A stretch of DNA of 64,000 nt from the human T2T-CHM13v2.0 reference genome, Homo sapiens. The position numbers and the translations under genes were made by a program. This document shows positions 26,100-38,790 of the stretch, piece by piece. The stretch is from the NCBI RefSeq assembly GCF_009914755.1, contig NC_060928.1; one strand, given 5' to 3'. The notes under the pieces are model-generated. The model did no database searches, was not told the DNA's origin, and worked only from the letters and a program-made list of their open reading frames with translations. How positions within the stretch are numbered: the first letter of the stretch is position 1; every line of letters begins with the position of its first letter.

Positions 26100-26330
26100 G
26101 TGTCATAGCTTACCATGCTGGTACTATGTTGGATCACCATGCCCAATTTATCCCCTAAAACCTACAGCAACTACATAAAAAACACAAGAATTTCAACCGT
26201 TATAATATCCATTTTACCTATGAAATTCTTAAGGATTAGAGCTGTTTTGTGACTTGTCAACAGTGAACAGCTTGTTAGTGGTAGAATTGAGGTTTAGCTC
26301 AACTTGGGCAGGATATGACTATTAAGTTGG
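26100..26330 (-). mobile_element. MIR
   Basis: atccattttacctatgaa...gtgacttgtcaacag...ttagtggtagaattgagg. Confidence 0.55.
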
Positions 26331-28423
26331 GGCATACAATCACCTTACGTACTACCTTCTTTGTCTTTCTTCATAGTTCATGTTCTTCCTTTGGGAAAGG
26401 TTACTCCAGCTCCTCCAGTTAGTCCCAGTGATAAATCATGGAACTAACTCATGGATTCTTGGACCACAGAAATTTCCTATCAATTCCAGCTTCCTGCTAA
26501 AGTATATATACATTTGTATTACATAAAACTTCTTCGAAGTGTAGAATACCAAATCATCATTGCTAGGCAAAGGCAGTAGTTACTGTTTCAAACAAGAGGT
26601 TTCAATTTACTTGTCTGTGGAATTTTTAGATGCATCCCATTTGTAATCTGCAGCCTGATAAATGTTCCAAGATAACAAGCCATTTAGGACAAAAAATAAT
26701 TTAGGGATTTTAAGAGTGTTAATTTCATTGTTAAGATGTTCTAAGGGTATATTGAGTGGAATGCTATCAGCACTTATGAAATTACTTAATTGCATTTCCT
26801 GATCCTGACAGATCTTTCCCAAATGTGAGATGATGTGATATTGCCTTTCTTTGCCATAGATAATATTTTTGTTTGTTTGTGGTAGGAGATGAGGCCATTC
26901 AGGATTTTAGCACATAATTTGTATGCATATAATTGCATGTGTGCTTATATGTACGTGTCCTAGCTTGAACTAAAATGATGCTTTCATATAGATTTAGATG
27001 TCTTAGGGGAACATCTGGTAAATGGTTGTTTGATTGGGATAGAGATGTCAGATGTGTGTATGTGTGAAGGGGAAGGTGGGTCTGATAGTGGTTGTGATGA
27101 TAATGAGTGTTTTATAAGGTGAAACAGTATCCAGGAGGCTTTTTACCAGAAGGACAAAGAATGCAATCCCCTAATGGGAGAGAGACATAGTCAAAATATA
27201 ATGGCTTATAATATACATGCAAAATCAGTTCTTAATAAAACAAAACATGGTGTCTGTCACTCACTCAACAGTGTTCTACGTCCATGGATACCTGTTTCAA
27301 TAAACATATAAGTATATAAGCAAATGAAGGCATGTTAAAATGGACAAATAGTTTCACAAACTAGTAACTGTGAAGCTGTAGAAAATATAATATACTATTC
27401 TCACTTCTGTTTGGAACACAGCATGGCTTAGTCCACTGTATGCTACATTGCATTGCATGCTCTAATGTCATCAACAGCTCAATAGAAACACATTATTAAA
27501 GTCTTTAATTTAAATATGAAACACCTATGAACACACAGGGTGTATGACTTGCTCAAAGTCAAGCAGCTAGAGAGAGCTGAGTTTCAACCTCACACTGAGT
27601 GAGACTTCAAATTTGGGAAATATAACCACTCACTATACTGGGTGCAACTTCATTGTCTGTAAGATCTACATGTCTAGTTACAATCAGATGTGGCAGGAAT
27701 ATTAGATTAGGTAACAACTGTTTTAAGATTAGAGAGAGGCACTGGTAATAGCATCAACATCTTTTGAGAGGATACATTTCTTGTGCCAAACATCAGTAAT
27801 ACGTTTCTTAATATCCGGTTTTAATGACAGTGTTGAGACATCTTTGTATCTTTATGGGCAGTGAAAGATGTAGTCTAATGGGCAGTCCGTGTAGACTAAG
27901 CCTATGTATTCAAGATCACATGCGAGCTACCTCTAAGGAAGCCTAGAAAAAATAAATTTTATTTTGTCACAAGACAAAATATTATTTGTCTTGTGAATAT
28001 TATATTCTATAATGTAGTCAACAGCTTAATAGAAATACATTATTAGAGTCTTCACTTTAAATGTGAAGCACGTTTGGAACACACAGTATGTATGACCAGG
28101 CTTCATTACTGCAGTTCCTGGTTAGATAACGTTTTGGATCCCAGAAGTAGTGACTATTGATTTTAGAGTACTGACTGATGTCCTCCTTAGCTTATATGTA
28201 GCTACCAGGTAGAAATAGCACTTCCTAATATCCTAAACTTCCAATTATATTAATTATGACTTGAATTTCTTTTTCATTGCCCATTTTCTCTCATTCATCC
28301 TCTCAGATTAAAGATAGGCAAGCTCATGTAGAGACATGAGATGAGAACTACTAAAGATGTTCGTCAGTAATGGTTATGATACAAGGATAATTTTAAGTAT
28401 TTCTATAACTATTGTTTTGTTTT

Positions 28424-28498
28424 CACATGTATACATATGTAACTAACCTGCACATTGTGCACATGTACCCTAAAACTTAAAGTATAATAAAAAAAAAA
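28424..28498 (+). mobile_element. Young L1PA extreme 3' fragment (~75 bp)
   Basis: cacatgtatacatatgtaactaacctgcacattgtgcacatgtaccctaaaacttaaagtataataaaaa, essentially the young L1PA consensus. Confidence 0.9.
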
Positions 28499-29461
28499 GA
28501 AGCCTCTCCTTTTGTCTCACACTTTGTTGCCCTGATTTCCCTATGGAAAGACATATTAAGGAGATAATTTTAGTTCTTTTATTTATGAGTTAGGAAAAAA
28601 AAATAAGTTAAGGGAAAAAAATTGCAAACCCATAGTTGTATGTACTCTACCCATAAATAACTCATCCATGAGCTGAGAAAATTTGGGTTGAACTTTACAA
28701 AAGTTCAAAGGGAAACAACCCAAGGAAAAAGGAACTTGAGCTTTATGTGAATGAAACTAGGGCATCTCTGGAAACGCAAGGAAGAGTTTTACAGACTTCT
28801 AGAAGTCAGGGATGGAGCAAAGAATGCAAATCTTTCCCTGTTTCTTGTTTTTATTCTCTGTGGAGGTTGGTTTATGCTTTTTCACATGTCATAAAATATA
28901 GTTGCTAACAGCTGCAGAATATTACATCTTACAATTTAAATGTTAGTAAAGAGAATGTTGTAGCTCTTTTTGGAGTCTAAAAATCCACAGAAAAATTTTT
29001 CTTTGTCTAGGTTGACCCAGGTGTTTGTACCAGAACAAATCAACTGTAGGCATTGGGTGAGATAATGTTGTGTTACGTGAAAGCTCCCATGTTAATCTTG
29101 TACATTTAGTAGGGGAGTGGCTATTACCATAGAAAAAATCAACCCATTAACAAAACAAGTCACGTGTTCTAGCCAGTACATATTTCGTGCTAGTGCTGAG
29201 CTCTAGGGTATATTATTTGGCATAATTAATCTGAACAAATATGTGAGGCCATTGGTTCCATTACTTAAGAGTGTCCTAAAATCAGAAAATTCGAAGGAGG
29301 TAACTATCAAATTGCCGAGCCCAACATGCAAAACTATAGTTTTTCTTTTTAGTTAGATTTATTTGGCTTTACTTTCTCCTAGCTTATGGCTAAGTTCTTA
29401 ACATTTATTGACCACGTGGTAGCCCTCTTTAAAACCAACATTTTCTTTGTTCACTCTTTTT

Positions 29462-29790
29462 CTTTTTCAAACTTTTATTTTAGATGGGGGTATTTGTACA
29501 GGTTTGTTACATGAGTATATTGCACTCAGGTAGTGAGCATAGTACACAACAGGTAGTTTTTTGACCCATTCCCATTTCCTAGGTCCCTCTTTTGGAGTCC
29601 TCAGTGTCTATTGTTCCCATGTTTATGTCTGTGCATGCTCAATGTTGAGCTCTCACTTATAAATGAGAATATGTGATATTTATTTTTCTGTTCCTGCATT
29701 AATTCACCCAGGATTATGACCTGCAGTTCCATCCATGTTGCTGCAAAGGACATGACTTCATTTTTTTTTTTAAGGCTGTGTAGTGTTCCA
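29462..29790 (-). mobile_element. L1PA15/16-like 3' end
   Basis: aacttttattttagat...caggtttgttacatg...catccatgttgctgcaaaggacatg. Confidence 0.85.
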
Positions 29791-30381
29791 AGGTCTCTGA
29801 TATGCCCTGGAGACATTTTCCCCATTGTCTTGGGGATTAGCATTTGGAGATTAGCATTATGCAAATTTCTTCAGCTGGCTTGAATTTCTCCTCAGAAAAT
29901 GGAATTTTATTTTCTATTGCATTGTCAGGCTGCAAATGTTTCAAACTTTTATGCTCTGTCTCCCTTTTGAAACTGAATGCTTTAGCAGCACCCAAGTCAC
30001 CTCTTGAATGCTTTTCTGCTTTTAAATTTCTTCACCAGTTACCCTAAATCATCTTTATCAACTTCAAATTTCCATAAATCTCTAGGGTAGGGGCATCTTT
30101 GTTAAAACATAACAAGAATCATCTTTGCTCCAGTTTCCAGCAAGTTTCTCATCTCCATCTGAGACTACTTCGACCTGGGGCTTATTATTCATATCACTAT
30201 CAGCGTTTTTGTCAAAACCATTCAACAAGTCTCTAAGGAAGTTCCAAACTTTCCCATATTTTCCTGTCTTCTTCTGAGCCCTCCAAACTGTTCCAACCTC
30301 TGTCTGTTACCCAGTTACAAGTCACTTCCACATTTTCAAGTATCTTTTCAGCAGCACCCCACTCTGCTGGTACCAATTTAC
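29791..30381 (-). mobile_element. THE1 internal region, 5' part (inverted)
   Basis: Antisense THE1-int ending tggtaccaatttac next to the LTR. Confidence 0.85.
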
Positions 30382-30750
30382 TGTATTAGTTGATTTTCAC
30401 ACTGCTGATAATGACATACCTGGGACTGGGCAATTTACACAGGAAAAAGGGATTTATTGGAGTTCCAGTTCCACATGGCTGAGGAGGCCTCATAATCATG
30501 GCAGAAGACATGAAGGAGCAAGTCACATCTTACAGGGATGGCAGCAGGCAGAAAGGAGAGCTTGTGCAGGGAAACTCCCATTTTTAACATCATCAGATCT
30601 TGTGAGACGTAATCACTATCATGAGAACAGCATGGGAAAGACCTGCCTCTGTGATTCATTCATCTCCCACGGGGTCTGTCTTACAACACATGGGAATTAT
30701 GGGAGCTACAAGATGAGATTTGGGTGGAGACACAGAGCCAAACCATATCA
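30382..30750 (-). mobile_element. THE1B-like 5' LTR (inverted)
   Basis: tgtattagt...gacacagagccaaaccatatca. Confidence 0.9.
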
Positions 30751-30893
30751 GGACATAAACAGATACTTCTCAAAATAAGACATTCAAGTGGAAAACAAAT
30801 GTATTAAAAACTACTCAGCATCACTAATCATCAAAGAAATGCAAATCAAAACCATAATGAAATACTAGTTAGAATGACTTCATTAAAAAGTCA
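30751..30893 (+). mobile_element. Inverted piece of the host L1
   Basis: ggacataaacagatacttctcaaaa...aaatgcaaatcaaaacc; colinear with the L1 that resumes at 32392. Confidence 0.85.
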
Positions 30894-31199
30894 TGGTTGG
30901 AGTGGCTGGGACATGGGTCACCAAGTCCCTTGGCTGCACACAGCATGGGGATCCTGGACCTGGCCCATGAAACCACTTTTCCCTCCTAGACCTACAGGCC
31001 TGTCATGGGAGGGGATGCTGCAAAGGTCTCTGATATGTTCTGGTGACATTTCCCCCATTGTCTTGGGGATTAGCATTTGGCTCCTTGTTACTTATGCAAA
31101 TTTCTTCAGCTGGCTTGAATTTCTCTTCAGAAAATGGAATTTTATTTTCTATTGCATTGTCAGGCTGCAAATGTTTCAAACTTTTATGCTCTGTCTCCC
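30892..31199 (-). mobile_element. Second inverted THE1-int segment (partly duplicated)
   Basis: 31023-31199 repeats 29791-29964. Confidence 0.85.
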
Positions 31200-32054
31200 A
31201 GCCACTCCAACCATGGCTGATAGGTGCCAACATAGAGCTCAGGCCATGGCTTCAGAAGGTGCAAGCCACAAGCCTTGCCAACATCCATGTGGTGTTGAGC
31301 CTGTGAGTGCACAGAAGTCAAGAACTGGGGTAACCTCTGCCTACATTTCAGATGTATGGAACATACATGTATGGAAATGCCTAGATACCTACGCAGAAGT
31401 TTGTGTAGGGGTAAGGTCCTCATGCAGAACCTCTGCTAGAGCAGTGAAGAAGGGAAATATGGGGTTGGAGTCCCCGACTTGGGCATTGCCTAGTGGATCT
31501 GTGAGAAGAGGGCCACCGTTCTGCAGACCCCAGAATGGTAGATCCACTGATAGCTTGCATCATGCACCTGGAAAGGCTGCAGACACTCAACGCCAGCCTG
31601 TGAAGGCAGCTAGGAGGGAGGCTGTACCCTGCAAACCCACAGGGGCAGAGCTGCCCAAGACCATGGGAACCCACCTCTTGTATCAGCATGACCTGCATGT
31701 GAGCCATGGAGTCAAAGGAGATCATTTTGGAGCTCTAAGATTGACTTCTCCTCTAGATTTAGAACTTATATGGGGCCACTAGCCCGTTTGTTTTGCCCAA
31801 TTTCTCCCATTTTGAATGGCTGTATTTACCCAATGCCTGTACCCCCATTTTATCTAGGAAGTAACTAACTTGCTTTTGATGTTGCAGGCTCATAGGTGGA
31901 AGGAACTTGCCTTGTCTTGCATGAGACTTTGACCTGTGGACATTTGAGTTAATGCTGAAATGAATTTAGACTTTGGGGGACTGTTGGGAAGGCATGATTG
32001 GTTTTGAAATGTGAAGATATGAGATTTAGGAGGGGTCAGGAGAGGAATGATAAA
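31196..32054 (+). mobile_element. THE1 internal region, 3' part
   Basis: Translates to the MaLR internal ORF motifs RPQNGRSTDSLH...GVKGDHFGALR. Confidence 0.88.
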
Positions 32055-32391
32055 TGATATGGTTTGGCTCTGTGTCCCCACACAAACCTCATCTTGTAGC
32101 TCCCATAAATCTCACATGTTGTGGGAGGTAACTGGTCTTTCCTGCACTGTTCTTGTGATAGTGAATAAGTCTTACAAGATCTGATGGTTTTAAAAATGGG
32201 AGTTTCTCTGCACAAGCTCTCTGTTTGCCTGCCAACATCTGAGTAAGATTTGACTTGCTCCTCCTTGCCTTCTGCCATGATTGTGAGGCCTCCCAGGCAT
32301 ATGGAGCTGTAAGTACATTAAACCTCTTTCTTTTGTAAATTTCCCAGTCTCGGGTATATCTTTATCAGCAGTGTGAAAATGGACTAATACA
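32055..32391 (+). mobile_element. THE1B-like 3' LTR
   Basis: tgatatggtttggctctgtgtcccca...ggactaataca; followed by tgtct, matching the inverted tgtcc at 30751-30755 (5-bp TSD, 1 mismatch). Confidence 0.9.
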
Positions 32392-33548
32392 TGTCTTTGG
32401 CTTATTTTAAATGGAATTGTTTGTTTTTTGCTTATTAAGTTTCTTATAGATTCTGGATATTAGACTTTTGTCAGATGCACAGTTTGTGAATATTTTTTTT
32501 TCCATTCTGTAGATTGTTTACTCTATTGACAGTTTCTTTTGTTATACAGAGCTCTTTTGTTTAATTGTGTCCCACTTGTCGATTTTTTTGTTTTTATTGC
32601 AATTGTTTTTGGGAGTGTAGTCAAAAATTATTTGCCATGGCTGATGTCAAGAGGGGTCTTTCCTAGGTTTTCTTTTATGATTTTTATAGTTTGAGGTTTA
32701 CTCTTTATTTATATCTATAAATCTATCTGGAATTAGTTTTTGCATATGGTGAAATGTAAGAGTCCACTTTCATTCTTCTACATTTGGCAAGTAGTTTTCT
32801 CAGCACCATGTACTGAATAGGGAATCATTTCCCCATTGCTTTTTTTGTCAGCCTTATCAAAGATTAGACAGTTTTAAGTGTGAGGCTTTATTTCTGAGTT
32901 TTCTATTTTGTACCATTGATCAATGTATCTGTTTTTGTACCATTACTGTGCTGTTTTGGTTACAATAGCCTTAGAGTATAGTTTGAAGTTGGGTAGTGTG
33001 ATGCCTCAGGCTTTTTTCTTTTTTCTTAGGTTTGTTTTGTTTATTTCGGATATTTTGGTTCAATATGAATATTAGAATGGTTTTTTTTTCTAATTCTGTG
33101 AAGAATGACATTGGTGATTTAACAGGAATATCACTGAGTCTGTAAATCACTTTGGGCATTATGGCCATTTAAATCACATTGATTCTTTCAATCCATGAAC
33201 ATGGGATGTCTTTTCATTTAGTTGTGTCATTTCTGATATCTTTCAGTGTGTGTTCTAGTTCTCCTTAGAGAGATCTTTCACCTCTTTAATTATCTGTATT
33301 TCAAGATATTTTATATTCTTTGTGGCTATTGTAAATGGAATTCTGTTCTTACTTTGACTCTCAGCCTGGACATTGTTGGTGTATAGACATCCCACTGATG
33401 TTCACACATTGATTTTGTATCCTTAACCCTTGATAAAATTTTGTATTAGTTCTAGTTATCTTTTGGCAGAGTATTTAGGATTTTCTAAGTATAGAATCAT
33501 ATCATCAGCAAAAAGAGATAGTCTGATTTCTCTTTTGTCTATTTGGAT
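32392..33548 (-). mobile_element. L1PA ORF2 remnant (RT region)
   Basis: Minus frames give [15 protein letters not shown] and [16 protein letters not shown]. Confidence 0.9.
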
Positions 33549-35081
33549 AAACCCAAATTCACTTTCTGCACTCTTGATCCTACTTTGTCTTGGAGAACCC
33601 CCTACATACCACAGGTCCAGAAGTTTTATCATATTTTCTACTTTCACAAAATTCATAAACCATGGCAGGAAAATAATTAGAAAAGTGTGGTTTTAAAAGC
33701 TTTCACCTTCTGATAGACATTATTTATAATAAATATTTGTAATATCATAAGCCTTCTACAGAAAATATTTTAAAATACAGTTTCACACATAATTATGGCT
33801 TCTCTATAGGTATAATTCTTAATTGGATGGAACTGTTGGGCTTTATGGAGAGATTGTAGATCATTGAAATATTAGAGTAAATTGTGTATGTAGGAATTAA
33901 ATCTGGAAAATACTACCAAAAAGGTGAGCATTTTTTTTGATGTAGGTATCCTTCAAAATTATTTGGTCCACTTATCATTTTACAGAAGTAGACTACATTA
34001 TGAAAACTACATACACTTTTTTCCCTCACTTTATTTTTCTCTTCAGACTAATATAAACTTAACATTAAGCCAGATTTTTCATCTACCAAATATCCAATAT
34101 TAATGTTTTCACTTAGGATAAAGCACATGGTTATACTTAAGATTTCAATTACACATTGCCTTAAAACCTTGAATACTAGTTAGAACGTTTTTACTCAAAA
34201 CATAAGGTTATGCCAAAATGTCCTTCATACTTTATATTCTACCAATATAATTTGTTCATAGACCTATGAATTTAAGAGGTACTCGAGTATAAAATATCTG
34301 TGACATTACTTATGAGTGATAGATTTTTTTTATGAGTACAAGAAGCAAATGCATATGCATTCAATTCTATCATGTTATTGATATGTGAAAAAATTCTGCA
34401 AATAACTCTTTGGCCTGAAAAGGGAGTTTGGCCATTTAAAAAAATATCTCTTTTTCTTGAATTAAATCCTTATCACAATATATATGTGCAAACTTCTTTT
34501 GATTAAGACTTAACAAAATGAAAAATATAAACTACACAAGTGTCAGATTGCAAAGAAACTGTGCCATTTGGTACCTAGAAGTGACCTTATATGAAAATCT
34601 CTTTGAATGCTGTTGGAAAACAAAAAAGTGGATGTTAAGGACAGAGCTTGAGTAAGGTCTAGACAACCAACCTGGGTCAAAACCTGGTTGGGAACTTGAT
34701 TTTTAATATGAGACTAAATGAAAATAAGAACAGTGGTTTAAGATTATTTCTTGTTTTGGAATTTATGATATTAAACATCTTGGAAAAAATTTGAGTAATA
34801 CATCTGCTATGTTGGGGAAAATAATGAAGACACCAATTTTTAACCCTGTAGTAAAATAAAATGAAAGACTGCCATGAAATATTATCCAGTGAATTTAGCA
34901 CCAAAAGCTTTTGGGTTACCCTAAACTCTTCAGAAAAAATCCTATTATTCACTCTTGGTATGGTCATGGAAAATAAAGTCACAGAGCAAAGCAAAATTCA
35001 TGCATGTTTAAAATAATTTATAAATAACAACAGTGGCACACCTTAAATCAACAAATAGAATGTCAGTAAATTCTCAATGCT

Positions 35082-35440
35082 AGTATCTTAGTTCATTTAG
35101 GCTGCTATAGCAAAATACCATAAAATGAGTAGCTTACAAACAACATAAACTTACTTCTTACATTTCTGGAAGCTGGAAAGTCCGAGATCAAGATGACGGT
35201 AGATTCAGTGTCTGGTGAGGGCCATCTTCCTCATAGATAGTGTTTTCTTGCTGTGTCTTCAGATGCTGAAAGATGCCAGGGGCCTTCTGCAAGGCATTTT
35301 GTTATAAGGGCAGTAATGTACTTCATGAGGACTATATCCTCATGTTCTCATCACCTCCCCAAAATTCTGACTCCTAATGCCATCACCTTGGGGTTAGAAT
35401 ATCAACATATACATTTGGAGGGAATAGTTAGACCAAAGCA
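35082..35440 (-). mobile_element. MLT1A-type MaLR LTR
   Basis: cttagttcatttaggctgctatagcaaaatacc...gtgtctggtgagggcc...ccttggggttag. Confidence 0.8.
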
Positions 35441-35495
35441 GCAGGAAAAGAAAATATATATTCCTTCATTGATTGCAAATGTATACAGAAAGATA

Positions 35496-35839
35496 CAGTC
35501 ATGTGCTGCTGCATAATGACATTTCAGTCAACAATGAACCACATTTATGATGGTGGTTTCCTGAGATTATACTACCATATTTTTACTGCAGCTTTCCTAT
35601 GTTTACATATGTTTAAATACACAAAACTTACCATTGTGTTATAGTTTCCTACCGTATTCAGTACTGTCACATGCTGTACAAGTTTGTAACCTAGGAACAA
35701 TAGGCTGTACCATATAGCCTAGTTGTGTACTGGGTTGTGCCATCTAGGTTCATGTAGGTACACTATGATGTTTGTACAATGATAAAATCACCTAATGATG
35801 CATTTCCACAGTATAACCCTATTATGCAATGCATAAATG
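35496..35839. mobile_element. Tigger3a (MER7/Golem) DNA transposon
   Basis: TA-flanked cagtcatgtg start; cctaggaacaataggctgtaccatatagcctag interior. Confidence 0.85.
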
Positions 35840-36109
35840 TATGTATGTACATGACATAAGTTATATATTTTTTGTACATTGCCAGAGCCCTTAAATTGTT
35901 GTTGATAATTGTGCCGTTTTATAGTTGTGCTACAGGAAGAGGATTTGCCAAACTTTTTACTTCATACGAAAGTGCCCAAATTTTGATACTTTATATTTGA
36001 ATCTCACTTGAAGGCAGGTAAGTAGGAGAAAACTGAGCATAATTTTAAAGTCTATACCTACAAAAACAAATGTCTCCTTACTAATTAAATGGTACTTTTG
36101 GAAGAGGTA

Positions 36110-36290
36110 GCATTTTGTAATGGGAAAAGCACAAATCAGTAGGACTAGCTTTTAACATGTTGACTTAGTAGTTGTGTAACTTACAAAACTTTACTTAAAT
36201 TTTCTGATCTAAGCTTCCTCAATCACAACACTGGAAGAGAACAAAGATATTTATACATGTTTGTTGAAGTACCAAATTAAATGACATAAA
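36110..36290 (+). mobile_element. MIR
   Basis: gacttagtagttgtgtaactt...ttacttaaattttctgatctaagcttcctc. Confidence 0.55.
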
Positions 36291-36478
36291 AATGCACAGT
36301 CGCAATCAAAACACATACACATATGTAATCATTTCTTCATTGCATATAAACTAACAACATTGTATATACATTATATTTCCTTTTTTTGCCAAAGAAAGAT
36401 AAACATACTGGTGCCTTAACATTTTGATTTTATATTATTGTTACTCTGTTCCTTTAAAGGAAGCTTCATTAATGTGAA

Positions 36479-36842
36479 TGTAGTAGTCATTTTTGGCTAA
36501 TTACAAATATTCCCTATTCCCTTTCTGGCATATAATATAACTCTACTTCCTTAACCATGTTGCAATTATTTGCTGTGGCGTGACGTGCTTTGCCAGAGGA
36601 GAGGAGAACGGAGTAAAATGTGATGCTTAAAGACTAAAGTTCAAAAAACTAGGCATGATTTGCCGCATTCTATTTCTTTTGCCTTGGTAATCTGGATGTA
36701 CAATTCCATCTGCAACAGACTATTCTAGCAACCTGTAACGGAGATGAGTATTGAGTGAGAAATAAGCTTATATTTTTCCAAACCAATGTGATTTTGTTCT
36801 TGCTAGTTAGTGCAGCATATTTAGCCTTGTCTGACTACTACA
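36479..36842 (+). mobile_element. MLT1I/J-type MaLR LTR
   Basis: tgtagtag start; gagtgagaaataagct...gcagcatatttagccttgtctgactactaca end. Confidence 0.6.
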
Positions 36843-38086
36843 TTTCTTCAAAAGATAAGATTTATTGTTTTGCAACCTTTGATACTATAAATGCCCAGTA
36901 ATATGTTTTAAGTATTAATGTACCTCAAATGGGATTTTAACTAAAATTGAAAAATATGCAAAAGTTTTATAAAAAATTTTTGAAACTCCAGTTAAAGAGC
37001 TTACATTACATTGCAGATGAATTTTAGTTAGAAAATAATGGTAAACATAAACTAGTAGCTTAAAAATACCCAAGCTAAAAGTCACTAAACTAGAATAAGC
37101 ACTTGAAAATGAATATAGACTCAGATAAATGCATATATTTAGTCTAACATTTCTGAAGGTACTTTCTCTAACTGGGAAATTCAGAAGCACAGAAATAAAT
37201 GCAAGTAATTTGAGTACTCTGCACTGGCATTTAAATACAAGAGGAAAAAAAAATGTTAATAGGATAAGTACCAGAAAGGATTAAGTGAAGCTAAACACCA
37301 AAGAGGATTAGTTATTATCCTGCCTTTACAGGCACCCAAGTTTCATGTGGCCAAGTAGATAGGAAATAGAAAGCCAATGCTGCAAAATGGGATATTTTTT
37401 CTCTTTGCAATAAGATTGTATTAAAATCAATTTTATTATGGTACATAACTAAACAAGTAACACAATACCTGAGCTTTCCTCTGGATAATCTAAAATGCGA
37501 CATGCTTTTAAATATATTTTAGGAATATTTTAAGGGCACTTTTCCCCTCTAAATATTGCTTTTTAGATAAGCACATGAATTTGAAATTAATCAATAGATG
37601 TCCTACTTTTGAAACCAATCATTCATACCTATACAGTGAATTAGAGCTTTTCTCGTATTGACGACAAACATAATTGCACAGATTTATAGTGTTTTACTTC
37701 ATTTACTGTATATATCATTGCATTAAAGGAAAATACAAAAAGTATGTGTGCGTATATGTATATATACATATATAACTCACATATTAATGTATGTAGACAC
37801 ATTCACCAACATAAACATTTAATATTTAAATATCTCTGAAATTGAGACATGTTTTAAAATAGATGAAAAATCACTGCTGTAGTTGTCTTGGAATTTTTTT
37901 TTGCCATTTCCTACATGCGTAATAACTTGGTTGTTGTACGTGGTGACATAATTGGAAAATTGGAGCCTCATTATGTCAGTCAACAAACTAAGTCTGTTTG
38001 AGAAAGGAATGAGAACCCTGGTATGAGAAGCTTCAATTGATATCTTCAATAGATCATAAATATGCCAGCATTAAAAATGTACAGAA

Positions 38087-38417
38087 GGCGGAGCGTGGTG
38101 GCTCATGCCTGTAATCCCAGCACTTTGGGAGGCTGAGGCGGGTGAATCACAAGATCAGGAGTTCAAGACCAGCCTGGCCAACATGGTGAAACCCTGTCTC
38201 TACTAAAAAATACAAAAATTAACCAGGCGTGGTGACTCATGCCTGTAGTCCTAGCTACTCAGGAGGCTGAGGCAGGAGAATCACTGGAATGTGGGAGGCG
38301 GAGGTTGCATTGAGTGGAGCTCGCGCCACTGTGCTCCAGCCTGGATGACAGAGCAAGACTCCATCTCAAAAAAAAAAAAAAAAAAAAAAAGAAGAAGAAA
38401 AAGAAAAAGAAAAAAAA
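38087..38417 (+). mobile_element. AluSg-like, full length
   Basis: Both arms, long A-rich tail, TSD core gtacagaa. Confidence 0.92.
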
Positions 38418-38571
38418 GTACAGAATAGCTATTGGTGGCTCGAAAGAAAATATTGGAGACAAGAGAAGAGCACTCTTAAGAAATACTGTATCACTAACGC
38501 TCTTGATGGCACAGTAACCAATGTTATGTGTTGTAATTTAGTGATAATGTTCCATCAAAAATAGATGCAGA

Positions 38572-38790
38572 GGCCCGTGCGTGATGGCTCATGCCTATAA
38601 TCCCAGCACTTTGGGAGGCCAAGGCAGGCAGGTCACAAGATCAGGGGTTTGAGACCAGCCTGCCTGACCAACATGGTGAAACCCCATCTCTACTAAAAAT
38701 ACAAAAATTAGCTGGGCATGCACCTGTAATCCCAGCACTCAGGAGGCTGAGGCAGGAAAATAAAAAAGGAAAAAGAAAAAAGAAAAAAAA
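38572..38790 (+). mobile_element. 3'-truncated AluS with TSDs
   Basis: Right arm stops at gaggcagga; 15-bp TSD aaaaatagatgcaga / aaaaatagattcaga. Confidence 0.88.

Noticed and set aside
28620-29150. Possible old MLT1J/K-type LTR on the minus strand
   Set aside because: Only scattered motifs, and termini could not be defined
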